From Actinomycetota bacterium (GTDB lineage: Bacteria; Actinomycetota; Acidimicrobiia; Acidimicrobiales; VFJN01), in the NCBI GenBank assembly GCA_046730015.1, contig JBKPHT010000137.1:1512-65511 (forward strand): a stretch of 64,000 bases of DNA, given 5' to 3'. Under the pieces are notes generated by a model. The model was not told the DNA's origin, did not search any database, and saw only the letters and a program-made list of their open reading frames with translations. Below are positions 43,484-51,930 of this stretch, one piece after another. The stretch's first letter is position 1, and each line of letters begins with the position of its first letter. A program made the position numbers and the translations under genes.

Positions 43484-43632
43484 CGTTCCGTTCCTTCCTC
43501 GGCGGTGTCTCCGCCGTCGTCGGTGCAGCCCTCCAGCAGGCGGAGGAGGTCGAGCCAGCCGGAGAACGGCACCGCCGCCGCCCCGGCCACCTGCAGGTAG
43601 CCCCGGACCCGCCCGTCCTCGTCCGTCGTCAT
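43480..43632 (-). CDS. possible small protein (50 aa) translationally coupled to the lipoprotein gene
   Basis: ATG 43632 ... TGA overlapping the lipoprotein ATG (ATGA). Sequence MTTDEDGRVRGYLQVAGAAAVPFSGWLDLLRLLEGCTDDGGDTAEEGTER. It falls below the track cutoff, and no family was recognised. Confidence 0.35.
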   Translation of the reverse strand: MTTDEDGRVRGYLQVAGAAAVPFSGWLDLLRLLEGCTDDGGDTAEEGTER

Positions 43633-43752
43633 CTCGCCGCTGAACTGCACGCCGCCACCCTGCGCCGCGGTCGGCGCCGTCGCATCGGGGCTACCCCTGA
43701 TGTCGGCGGGATCGGGGTGCGATCAGGGTGACGGGGGTCACCCTGGCCCGGG

Positions 43753-44865
43753 TCAGCGGCGTGGGGCCCGCTCGACGAGGTCGACGACCGCAGCCTCGAT
43801 CTCCCCCAGCAGGTCGGGCGGCACCTCGTCCCCGTCGCGGTCGCCGATGCCGTCGAGGGCCTCGTCGACCGCGTCGCCCACCGTCTCGCCCTGCTCGAAC
43901 TGCTGGACCACCCGCGGGTCGACGTAGGACCCCCGGGCCACCGCCGGCGTGTTCCCCAGCTGGTGGGCGACGTCCTTGACGACCCGGACGACGGCCCGGT
44001 CGGGCCGGTCGCCGTCGCCTTCGACCGCCAGGGCCACCGCGGCGAGCACCGTCGCGGCCCAGGTCCGGAAGTCCTTGGCCGAGAACCTGGGCCCGAGGGC
44101 GTCCTGGAGGTAGGTGTTGATGTCGTCCGAGCGGACGTCGACCCAGCGGCCCCGGTCGTCCTTGTAGGCCAGCAGCTCCGGGCCGCCGCCCCGCCGGGCC
44201 TTGAGCCGCCGCACCACCGTGGCCACCGCCGGGTCGGCGATCGTGACCACCCGCCGCTTCCCGCTCTTGGCCGGGTAGTCGAACCGCAGCTCCTCGCCCC
44301 GGGCCCGGACATGACCCTTGCGGACCGTGGCCAGCCCGTAGCTGCCGTTGTCGTCCGCGTAGGACTCGCCGCCCACCCGGAACAGGCCGAGCTCGATCAG
44401 CCGGACCGCGCAGGCCAGCACCCGGTCGCGGCCCATGCCCTCGCGCGCCAGGTCGGCGTCGAGTCGCTGCCGGAAGGCCGGGAGCGCCCGGGCCAGGTCG
44501 AGCATCCGGTCGTACTTGGCGCGGTCCCGCTCGGCCCGCCACTCGTCGTGGTACCGGTACTGGCGGCGGCCCCTGTCGTCGACGCCGGTGGCCTGGATGT
44601 GGCCGCGGGGGTCGGGGCAGATCCAGACGTCGGTCCAGGCCGGGGGGATGGCCAGGGACCGGATCCGGTCGAGGATGTCGCCGTCCGTGATGCGGTCGCC
44701 GTCCTCGTCGAGGTAGGTGAAGCCGCGGCCGGCCCGCCGGCGGGTGAACCCCGTGCCGTTGCAGTCGACCTCTCGCACCTTGGCGCGCACGGCCCTCACG
44801 TACCCGCGGGCGCGGCCGGCAAACGCGGGGTTGACGCAGGCCAGGATGGGTACGACCGTGGGCAC
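43753..44865 (-). CDS. DNA topoisomerase IB (poxvirus-like bacterial type)
   Basis: GFTRRRAGRGFTY, LAIPPAWTDVWICP, GRRQYRYH, SAKDFRTWAAT, and a C-terminal GNTPAVARGSYVDP with the catalytic Tyr context. Confidence 0.88.
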   Translation of the reverse strand: MPTVVPILACVNPAFAGRARGYVRAVRAKVREVDCNGTGFTRRRAGRGFTYLDEDGDRITDGDILDRIRSLAIPPAWTDVWICPDPRGHIQATGVDDRGRRQYRYHDEWRAERDRAKYDRMLDLARALPAFRQRLDADLAREGMGRDRVLACAVRLIELGLFRVGGESYADDNGSYGLATVRKGHVRARGEELRFDYPAKSGKRRVVTIADPAVATVVRRLKARRGGGPELLAYKDDRGRWVDVRSDDINTYLQDALGPRFSAKDFRTWAATVLAAVALAVEGDGDRPDRAVVRVVKDVAHQLGNTPAVARGSYVDPRVVQQFEQGETVGDAVDEALDGIGDRDGDEVPPDLLGEIEAAVVDLVERAPRR

Positions 44866-44900
44866 GGCCCGTCGAGACCGTCTTGGAGGAGGTACCGCCG

Positions 44901-45086
44901 ATGCCCGGACGTCCCGTACCCGACGACGACCGCCCCGCCGTCGCTCCGGACACGGCCGGCGACGACGAGCCGCCCCCGCCCGACGACGAGCGCCCGGCGG
45001 TGCCGGAGGACGAGCTGGTGCCCGACCTTCCGGGGGCGGTCCCGGACGACGAGCGGCTGGTCCGGGACGACCCCGGCGAGGGCTGA
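44901..45086 (+). CDS. possible small acidic Pro-rich protein (61 aa)
   Basis: Strong RBS GGAGGAGG lies 8 nt upstream of ATG 44901. GC3-rich codons and internal DDERPAVPED-like repeats. No homolog recognised. Confidence 0.42.
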   Translation: MPGRPVPDDDRPAVAPDTAGDDEPPPPDDERPAVPEDELVPDLPGAVPDDERLVRDDPGEG

Positions 45087-45107
45087 CGGCAGCTCCGGCC
45101 GCGCGCG

Positions 45108-45410
45108 TCAGGCCAGGGCCCGGACCACGGCGGTCGTGGCCGCCGCCCCGAAGACGACGACCACGAACGGTGCCCGTCGCCAGGTCGCCAGCAGGGCCAC
45201 CGCCAGCCCGGCGGCGCGGGCGTCGAGCACCAGGCGGCGGTCGCCGGCGAACGTGTTGACCACCACCAGCGCCGGAAGGAGGGCGGCCGGGAGCAGGGCC
45301 GCCACGCGGAGGAACGTCCCGCCCATCGCCCGGGGGCCGAGCGCCACCAGGCCGAGCGCCTTCAGCCCGTAGGCCGCCGCCCCCAGCCCGACGATGGCCA
45401 GCCAGCTCAT
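45108..45410 (-). CDS. azlD: AzlD family branched-chain amino acid transport protein
   Basis: 100-aa hydrophobic protein MSWLAIVGLGAAAYGLKALG... downstream of azlC. ATG 45410 is preferred because the longer track ORF reads into the repeat element. Confidence 0.85.
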   Translation of the reverse strand: MSWLAIVGLGAAAYGLKALGLVALGPRAMGGTFLRVAALLPAALLPALVVVNTFAGDRRLVLDARAAGLAVALLATWRRAPFVVVVFGAAATTAVVRALA

Positions 45411-45502
45411 CGGTGCTCCCCTTCGGGGAGCACCGATGAGCAATCGGCCCTCCGGGCCGAGCAACGCACTGTGCTTACGGTTCGCTCGCTGCGCTCGCTC
45501 AT
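45405..45502 (-). repeat. 92-nt start-codon-associated structured element, copy B (between azlC stop and azlD start)
   Basis: ATGAGC at 45502 (overlapping the azlC TGA) and at 45410 (the azlD start) lie exactly 92 nt apart. It has the same conserved 5' block as copy A. Hairpin CGGCCC-GGA-GGGCCG is present, and a perfect 17-bp hairpin (plus strand 45405-45441) pairs the azlD SD and ATG. The 22-nt CCGAAGGGGAGCACCGATGAGC is directly repeated. Confidence 0.85.
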
Positions 45503-46242
45503 CGGTGCTCCCCTTCGGCCTCCGTCTCCGTCCGGGGCGCGAACAGGAGCGCGGGGACGACGCCGAGGGCGGCGGCCACGATCGGCAGACCGGCCGGCGC
45601 CAGGGGGATCAGCACCAGCGAGATCGCCGCCCCGGCCGCGGCCGCCACCCGCCCGGCCCGGTCCCGCAGGTGCGGCACCACCAGCGCGACATATCCGGCC
45701 GGGAAGGCGGCGTCGAGGCCCCAGGCCTCCGGGTCGCCGATCGCCCCGCCCGCCACCGCCCCCGCCAGGGTGCCGAGGTTCCAGCACACGAACACGGCGA
45801 CGCCGGTGGCCCAGAAGGCCGCTTCCCCGAGGCGCCGACCGGGCTGGGCCGTGGCCATCGCCGTCGTCTCGTCCAGCACGAACTGGGCCGCCACCATCCG
45901 CCGGGACAGGCGGCGGCCCAGGTGGATCGGGGCCAAGGCCAGCCCGTAGGCGGCGTTGCGGGCCGCCAGCAGCAGCGCCGAGCCGACCGCCGAGGCCAGC
46001 GAGCCACCGCTGGCCAGCACGCCCACGACCGCGAACTGGCTGGCCCCGGTGAACACCAGCACCGACATGGCGCAGGCCTGCGGGGCCGTGAGCCCGGCCG
46101 TCCTGGCCAGCACCCCGAACGACACCCCGAACACCCCGACGGCCGCCCCCAGCACCCACGAGTCCCGCCGGACCTTGGCGAGCCGTGGGTCGCCGGCGGG
46201 CTCGCGAAAGAAGGTGACGCGCCGTCGACCATCCCTCCTCAC
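45499..46242 (-). CDS. azlC: AzlC family branched-chain amino acid transport protein
   Basis: Polytopic membrane protein with the FGVLA...G...A..MS.LVF.GASQF motif. Confidence 0.88.
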   Translation of the reverse strand: MRRDGRRRVTFFREPAGDPRLAKVRRDSWVLGAAVGVFGVSFGVLARTAGLTAPQACAMSVLVFTGASQFAVVGVLASGGSLASAVGSALLLAARNAAYGLALAPIHLGRRLSRRMVAAQFVLDETTAMATAQPGRRLGEAAFWATGVAVFVCWNLGTLAGAVAGGAIGDPEAWGLDAAFPAGYVALVVPHLRDRAGRVAAAAGAAISLVLIPLAPAGLPIVAAALGVVPALLFAPRTETEAEGEHR

Positions 46243-46263
46243 GGACGTGCCCCCACGGACGGG

Positions 46264-47418
46264 TCAGTAGCTGCGGGGCAGGCCGAGCACCTGCTGCGCG
46301 ATGTAGTTGAGCGTCATCTCCTGGCTCACGGGCACGATGCGCTGCAGCCGGGCCTCCCGGAAGTACCGCTCGACGTGGTACTCGGTGGCGTAGCCCATCC
46401 CGCCGAGGGTCTGGACGGCCCGGTCGGCGGCGAAGTACCCCGCCTCGGCGGCTAGGTACTTGGCCGACTGGGCGGCCTCGCCGCAGTCGAGCCCGCGGTC
46501 GTAGCGCCAGGCGGCGTGCTGGGCGACCTGCCAGGCCGCCACCAGCTGGATGTGGGCCTGGGCCAGCGGGTGGGCGATGGCCTGGTTGGCGCCGATGGGC
46601 CGGGCGAACACCTCCCGCTCGGTGGCGTAGCGGACGGCCCGGGCCAGCGCCGCCTCGCCGATGCCGATGGCCTCGGCGGCCAGCAGGATCCGCTCCGGGT
46701 TGAGCCCGTGGAGCAGCTGTCGCCACCCCCGGCCCTCCTCCCCCACCAGCCGCCAGTCCGGGACCGGCAGGTCGTCGTAGACCACCTCGCAGGACGCCAC
46801 CGCGTTGCGGCCCATCTTGGGGATCGGCCGGATCTCGACGTGGTCGGGGTCGAGGTCGGCCACGAACAGCGACAGCCCGCCCAGTCCCTCGCCGCCGGTG
46901 CGGGCCAGCAGCAGGACCACCTCGCTCTCCAGCGCCTTCGACGTCCAGATCTTCCGGCCCCGGACCACCCAGCCGCCCCGCCCGTCCGGCACGGCCCGGG
47001 TCGTGATGCGGCCGGTGTCGGTGCCGGCGTCCGGCTCGGTGACCCCGAACGCCACGTGCAGGTCGCCGGCCGCGGCCCGGGGCAGGAACGCCTCCTTCAG
47101 TCGCTCGCTGCCGAACCGGACCACCGGGTTGAGCCCGAAGATCGTGAGGTGCAGCGCCGAGCACCCGTTCATCGCCGCCCCGCTGCGGGCCACCTCCCGC
47201 AGCACGATCGCGGCGTCGGCGATGCCCCGCCCCCCGCCGCCGTACGCCTCGGGGATGGCGACGCCCAGCCAGCCGCCCTCGGCCATCCGCCGGTAGAAGT
47301 CCCAAGGGAACCGGTGCTCGGCGTCGCAGGCAGCCCAGTAGTCGTCGTCGAACCCCGCACACACGCGGCGGACGGCGTCGGCGATGGCCTCGTGGTCCTC
47401 GTCGGGGGTGAAGTCCAT
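46264..47418 (-). CDS. acyl-CoA dehydrogenase
   Basis: MDFTPDEDHEAI..., GVTEPDAGTD, and C-terminal QTLGGMGY..EY.VERYFREAR motifs. ATG at 47418. Confidence 0.92.
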   Translation of the reverse strand: MDFTPDEDHEAIADAVRRVCAGFDDDYWAACDAEHRFPWDFYRRMAEGGWLGVAIPEAYGGGGRGIADAAIVLREVARSGAAMNGCSALHLTIFGLNPVVRFGSERLKEAFLPRAAAGDLHVAFGVTEPDAGTDTGRITTRAVPDGRGGWVVRGRKIWTSKALESEVVLLLARTGGEGLGGLSLFVADLDPDHVEIRPIPKMGRNAVASCEVVYDDLPVPDWRLVGEEGRGWRQLLHGLNPERILLAAEAIGIGEAALARAVRYATEREVFARPIGANQAIAHPLAQAHIQLVAAWQVAQHAAWRYDRGLDCGEAAQSAKYLAAEAGYFAADRAVQTLGGMGYATEYHVERYFREARLQRIVPVSQEMTLNYIAQQVLGLPRSY

Positions 47419-47495
47419 GGCGCCCGCAGCCTGCCCGGCCGGCGGGGGGCGGCTCAAACGAATGTCGCCACCAGTGTCCTGTCGGCGCCCAGGAC

Positions 47496-47515
47496 CCCGA
47501 GGCGATAGCTGTCGC
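47496..47515 (+). repeat. solo degenerate GAGGCGATAG unit (copy G)
   Basis: ccccgaggcgatagctgtcg, in the intergenic region between the acyl-CoA dehydrogenase start and the LLM oxidoreductase stop. Confidence 0.4.
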
Positions 47516-47532
47516 CGACCGCGGACCGGCCC

Positions 47533-48687
47533 TCAGCCGCCCTCGGACTTCTCCTCCGTGTGGCGCTGGATGGCCGACATGATGGCGGCGCCTGCGGCGC
47601 CGATGAACTCGGGGCGGTTCTCGGCCGCCCAGTCGCGGCTGGCCGCCAGGGTGGCGGCCGTGCCGTCGACCTCGGGCATGACGTAGCGGGAGAACAGCTC
47701 GTAGGACCGCAGGGTCTGGGGCCGGTCGGCCCACTCGTGGGCCATGAGCAGGAAGGTGCCGAACCCCTTGGACTGCTCGGCCAGCCGGCGGACCTGGGCG
47801 ACGGCGTCGTCGGGGGTGCCGATGACGGCGAACCCGGAGGCGTTCATGGCGTCGACCAAGTCGGCGTGGTTGTCGGTGTCGGGTGCGAGCGGGAGCGCGG
47901 CCACCCGCTGGAAGTAGTCGATCCACTCCGCCAGCCCGAAGGACACGTCGGCGACCGCCTGCTCCCGCGTCTCGGCGATGTGCATGGGGCCCACCAGCCG
48001 CCAGGCTGACCGGTCGGCGACCTGGCCGAACTGGGCGGCCCGCTCCTCGACGACGTCCCAGTGGTAGCCGAGGGCGTCGAACCCGCCGACGCTGGTGGCG
48101 CCGATCGACAGCAGGCCGCAGCCGAACCGGCCCGCGGCCCGGGGCCCGGCGGGCGACACCTGGGCGGCGACGGCGACCTCGAAGTGGGGCCGCTGCAGGG
48201 GCCGGAGCTGCAGCCGGGCGTAGCGCAGGGTGAACCAGTCGGTCTCGTAGCTGACCGGCTCGTCCGACCGCAGCAGTTGGAGGATCGCGTCGAGCGCCTC
48301 CTCCATCATGTCCCGCTGCCGGGCGACCTCGATCCCCATCATGAAGGCGTCGGACGGCAGCGCCCCGGGGCCGACCCCGAGCATGACCCGGCCGCCGGTG
48401 AGGTGGTCGAGCAGCACCATCCGGTCGGCCAGCATCAGCGGGTGGTGGTACGGCAGCGACGACACGCCGGTGCCGAGGCGGATGCGGCGGGTTCGCTCGG
48501 CGGCGACGCCGATGAACACCTCCGGCGAGGCGATGATCTCGTAGCCGGCCGAGTGGTGCTCGCCGATCCAGGCCTCGTCGTACCCGAGCCGGTCGAGGTG
48601 GACGATGAGGTCGAGGTCGCGCTCGAGGGCCAGGGTGGGGTTCTGGCCGACCGGGTGGAACGGGGCGAGGAAGATGCCGTACTGCAC
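47533..48687 (-). CDS. LLM class flavin-dependent (luciferase-like) oxidoreductase
   Basis: YDEAWIGEHHS, GTGVSSLPYHHP, and an overall bacterial luciferase-like pattern. GTG 48687, within track ORF 47533..49383. Confidence 0.88.
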   Translation of the reverse strand: MQYGIFLAPFHPVGQNPTLALERDLDLIVHLDRLGYDEAWIGEHHSAGYEIIASPEVFIGVAAERTRRIRLGTGVSSLPYHHPLMLADRMVLLDHLTGGRVMLGVGPGALPSDAFMMGIEVARQRDMMEEALDAILQLLRSDEPVSYETDWFTLRYARLQLRPLQRPHFEVAVAAQVSPAGPRAAGRFGCGLLSIGATSVGGFDALGYHWDVVEERAAQFGQVADRSAWRLVGPMHIAETREQAVADVSFGLAEWIDYFQRVAALPLAPDTDNHADLVDAMNASGFAVIGTPDDAVAQVRRLAEQSKGFGTFLLMAHEWADRPQTLRSYELFSRYVMPEVDGTAATLAASRDWAAENRPEFIGAAGAAIMSAIQRHTEEKSEGG

Positions 48688-48773
48688 GGCGTCACCGTAG
48701 GGCGGCCGCAGCGGCGCCGCCGAGCCGGCCGCCGTGGGCGCGGGTGCCTCGGCCTGTCCGAGCCCGCGCCCCG

Positions 48774-49328
48774 TCAGGGCGTGCGGCCGGTGAAGGCGAT
48801 GAGCCGGGTCTGCTCGTCGGCGTCGGGTGGGACGGGCACCGCGGGGCCGTAGTGGCCGCTCGTGCGGAGCGCCTCCTCGTAGGGTTGCATGGCCACGAGC
48901 AGGCGGTGGACCTCGTCGGGGTCGAGGGTCTCGTCCTGGCCGGTGGCCCGGGCGAGGTCCCAGGTGTGGACCAGCACGTCGCCGGTGCAGTAGGCGTCGA
49001 CGGCTTCGGCGAAGGTGGACCGGCCGAGCCGGGTGTCGCGCTCGCGGGCGGCGACCTCGGGGTCGTCGAGCGCGGCCCGGAGGGCGGTGTCGAACGCGGC
49101 CCAGGTGGCGGCGGGGTCGTCGGCGACCGGGGGCAGGGCGGGCCGGGGGATGTCCCACGGGTCGAGCAGGACGCCGGGCAGCCAGCCGACCAGGTGGGCC
49201 ACCACGTCGCGGGCCACCCAGCCCTCGCAGGGCGCCGGGTTGTCCCACGCCCCGGCGGGGACGGCCGCGGCGGTGCGGATGAACGCGTCGGACACCCGCC
49301 GGTAGCGGTCGGAGATCTCGCTGGGCAC
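48774..49328 (-). CDS. TIGR03086-like mycothiol-type DinB-fold metal-binding protein
   Basis: WDNPAPCEGWVARDVVAHLV and the later HTWDLARATG motifs. GTG 49328 is preceded by GGAGGA. Confidence 0.8.
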   Translation of the reverse strand: MPSEISDRYRRVSDAFIRTAAAVPAGAWDNPAPCEGWVARDVVAHLVGWLPGVLLDPWDIPRPALPPVADDPAATWAAFDTALRAALDDPEVAARERDTRLGRSTFAEAVDAYCTGDVLVHTWDLARATGQDETLDPDEVHRLLVAMQPYEEALRTSGHYGPAVPVPPDADEQTRLIAFTGRTP

Positions 49329-49415
49329 GTCGGTTCCTCCTGTGAGACTGGCGATGAGTCTCGGGCGCGGCACCGGTCATCACCGGGTGGGCCCTGACCG
49401 TACCGAGGAGGACCA

Positions 49416-50615
49416 GTGACCACTGCAGGCTTCGTCCCCGCCGGCCTCGACCGGCTGCAAGCCGTGATGGCCGGGCACGTCGAGTCGGGCGCGGTGCCCG
49501 GGCTCGTATGGCTGGTCGCCCGGGGCGACGAGGTGCACGCCGGGACGGCCGGCACGCTCGAGCTGGCGACGGGCGCGCCGGTCGAGCGGGACTCGATCTT
49601 CCGCATCTCGTCGATGACCAAGCCGGTGACCGCGGTCGCGGCGCTCGTCCTGGTGGAGGAGTGCCGGGTGCGGCTCGACGACCCGGTCGACGACGTGCTG
49701 CCCGAGCTGGCCGACCGCCGGGTGCTGGCCCGGCCCGACGGCCCCCTGGACGACACCGTCCCCGCCGCCCGGCCGATCACGCTGCGCGACCTGCTGACGT
49801 TCCGGCTTGGGCTGGGGGCCGACTTCGCCGCGACATACCCGCAGCCGTCGATGACCCGGGCGGCCGAGCTGGGCCTGGGCGCCGGCCCGCCCCAGCCGGC
49901 CCTGCTCCCCGAGCCGGACGAGTTCATGCGCCGCCTGGGCACGCTGCCGCTGGAGTACCAGCCGGGCGAGCGGTGGCTCTACCACCTCGGCTCGCAGCTG
50001 CTCGGGGTCCTGGTCGCCCGGGCGTCGGGCCGGTCGTTCCCGGACTTCCTGGCCGAGCGGGTGTTCGGCCCCCTCGGGATGGTCGACACGGGCTTCGCGG
50101 TGCCGGCGGACGACCTCGGCCGGTTCGGGCCGTGCTACTGGAGCGACCCGGACAGCGGCGACCGGGTTGTGTACGACCCGGCCGACGGGCAGTGGAGCGC
50201 GCCGCCGGCCTTCCCCGACGGCGGGGCCGGGCTGGTGTCGACGGTCGACGACATGGCCGCGTTCGGGGCGATGCTGCGCGGGGGCGGCACGTACCGGGGC
50301 GCTCGGGTGCTGTCGCGGGCGTCGGTGGCTGCGATGACCGCCAACCGCCTGACCGCGGAGCAGATCGCGGCCTCCGGGCCCCACCCGTCGGGGGCGCTCG
50401 GCTGGGGGTTCGGCGTCGGCGTCCAGCTGGTGCAGACGGGGCCGGGCCGGTCGGTGGGCGGCTACGGCTGGGAGGGCGGGCTCGGGTCCTCGTGGGCCAA
50501 CGACCCGGCCGAGGACCTCACCGCGCTGCTGTTGTCCAACCAGGCGTTCACCTCGCCGTCGGGGCCGGCGGTGGTGCATGACTTCTGGACGCTGCCGTAC
50601 ACCGCGCTCAGCTAG
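49416..50615 (+). CDS. serine hydrolase (beta-lactamase / PBP4*-like family)
   Basis: SxxK motif FRISSMTKPVT, a Y.N-like region, and a C-terminal W.GG.G block. Confidence 0.9.
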   Translation: MTTAGFVPAGLDRLQAVMAGHVESGAVPGLVWLVARGDEVHAGTAGTLELATGAPVERDSIFRISSMTKPVTAVAALVLVEECRVRLDDPVDDVLPELADRRVLARPDGPLDDTVPAARPITLRDLLTFRLGLGADFAATYPQPSMTRAAELGLGAGPPQPALLPEPDEFMRRLGTLPLEYQPGERWLYHLGSQLLGVLVARASGRSFPDFLAERVFGPLGMVDTGFAVPADDLGRFGPCYWSDPDSGDRVVYDPADGQWSAPPAFPDGGAGLVSTVDDMAAFGAMLRGGGTYRGARVLSRASVAAMTANRLTAEQIAASGPHPSGALGWGFGVGVQLVQTGPGRSVGGYGWEGGLGSSWANDPAEDLTALLLSNQAFTSPSGPAVVHDFWTLPYTALS

Positions 50616-50653
50616 CCCGGGCCCGGCCGGCGCCGGCGGTGATCACCCCTCGC

Positions 50654-50769
50654 GCAACCCGGTTGCACGAGGCGATAGGGGTCGTTCGCCCGTTCTCGAG
50701 GCGATAGGGGTCGGGGGCCGGCCCCTATCGCCTCGGGAATCGGAGAGCGAGCCCTATCGCCTCGGGACC
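50654..50769. repeat. GAGGCGATAGGGG-type nested palindromic element, copy H (4 units, preceded by GCAACCCGGTTGC mini-hairpin)
   Basis: gcaacccggttgc-ac-gaggcgataggggtcg...cgaggcgataggggtcgggggccggcccctatcgcctcggg...gccctatcgcctcgggacc. Confidence 0.92.
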
Positions 50770-50804
50770 GGAGCTCGGCGCCCACACCTCTACGCTGCCG
50801 GAGC

Positions 50805-50850
50805 TTGACAGGCTAATGCTGTTAGCCGATACTGGCTAACAGCATTAGCC
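50805..50850 (+). promoter_or_regulatory. sigma70-like promoter TTGACA-N17-GATACT embedded in a perfect 17-bp inverted repeat (putative TetR operator)
   Basis: TTGACA at 50805-50810. GGCTAATGCTGTTAGCC (50811-50827), gatact (50828-50833), GGCTAACAGCATTAGCC (50834-50850). This AT-richer island lies upstream of the F420 oxidoreductase/TetR operon. Confidence 0.65.
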
Positions 50851-50884
50851 ACACGATCCCGCCCCGAACCGACGAGGAGCTCCC

Positions 50885-51349
50885 ATGGCCGACACCCCCA
50901 CCACCCACTACCGCGAGCCCGGCCGGTTCACCCGCCGGGTGTTCAACCCCGCGGTCGAATTCCTCACGCGCCGCGGCATCAGCATCTGGGGCAGCCGGGT
51001 GCTCGAGGTCCGGGGCCGCAAGACGGGCGAGCCCCGCCGCGTGCCCGCCAACCTGCTGGAGCTCGACGGCCGGCACTACCTGGTCTCGCCCCGCGGCGAG
51101 GGGCAGTGGGTCCGCAACGTCCGGGCCGCCGGCGGCCGCCTGGCCACCATCGTCGGCAAGCGCCGCGAGGAGTGGGTCGCCCACGAGCTGACCGGCGACG
51201 ACAAGATCCCCGTCCTGCGGGCCTACCTGCGCCGCTGGAAGTTCGAGGTCGGCGTGTTCTTCGACGGCGCCTCGGCCGACTCCAACGACGAGGAGCTGGC
51301 CGCCATCGCCCCCCGCCACCCGGTCTTCCGGCTGGAGCCCTCCGGGTGA
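50885..51349 (+). CDS. nitroreductase-family deazaflavin (F420H2)-dependent oxidoreductase (DUF385/Ddn-like)
   Basis: RGRKTGEPRRVP...DGRHYLVSPRGEGQWVRNVRAAG pattern. Confidence 0.86.
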   Translation: MADTPTTHYREPGRFTRRVFNPAVEFLTRRGISIWGSRVLEVRGRKTGEPRRVPANLLELDGRHYLVSPRGEGQWVRNVRAAGGRLATIVGKRREEWVAHELTGDDKIPVLRAYLRRWKFEVGVFFDGASADSNDEELAAIAPRHPVFRLEPSG

Positions 51350-51930
51350 GCGCCGCCCCGGCGTCCCGCCCGCTCACCCCCCGGGCCGCGGCGGTGGTCA
51401 CGGCCGCCCGCCAGGTCCTCGAACGCGAGGGCCGCGATGGCCTCACCATGCGGACGCTGGCCGACGAGCTGGACATCAAGGCCCCGTCCCTCTACAAGCA
51501 CCTCGCGGGCAAGGCCGCCATCGAGGCCGTGCTGGTCGAGGTGGCGCTGACCGAGATGGGGACCGCGCTCCACGCCGCCGTGCGCGACCCCGGCGACGAC
51601 GGCCGGGTCCAGGCCCTGCTCGACGCCTACCGGGCCGTCGCCCGCGCCGACCCCAACCTCTACCGGCTGGCGACCGCCGGGCCCCTCGACCGGGCCGCCC
51701 TCGCCCCGGGGCTGGAGGACTGGGCGGGCGAGCCGTTCCTCCTCGCCACCGGCGAGCCCTACCTGGCCCAAGCCCTGTGGGCGTTCGCCCACGGCACCGC
51801 CGTCCTGGAGATCGACGGCCGGTTCCTCCCCGGCTCCGACCTGGACCGGACGTGGGCGGAGGGCGCCGCCGCCTTCGCCGAGGCGGCCGCCGCCCTCCGG
51901 GCCCGGGCGGATCAGGACGACCGGCGGTAG
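51346..51930 (+). CDS. TetR/AcrR family transcriptional regulator
   Basis: HTH REGRDGLTMRTLADELDIKAPSLYKHL. GTG 51346 overlaps the upstream stop (GTGA). Confidence 0.85.
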   Translation: MSAAPASRPLTPRAAAVVTAARQVLEREGRDGLTMRTLADELDIKAPSLYKHLAGKAAIEAVLVEVALTEMGTALHAAVRDPGDDGRVQALLDAYRAVARADPNLYRLATAGPLDRAALAPGLEDWAGEPFLLATGEPYLAQALWAFAHGTAVLEIDGRFLPGSDLDRTWAEGAAAFAEAAAALRARADQDDRR

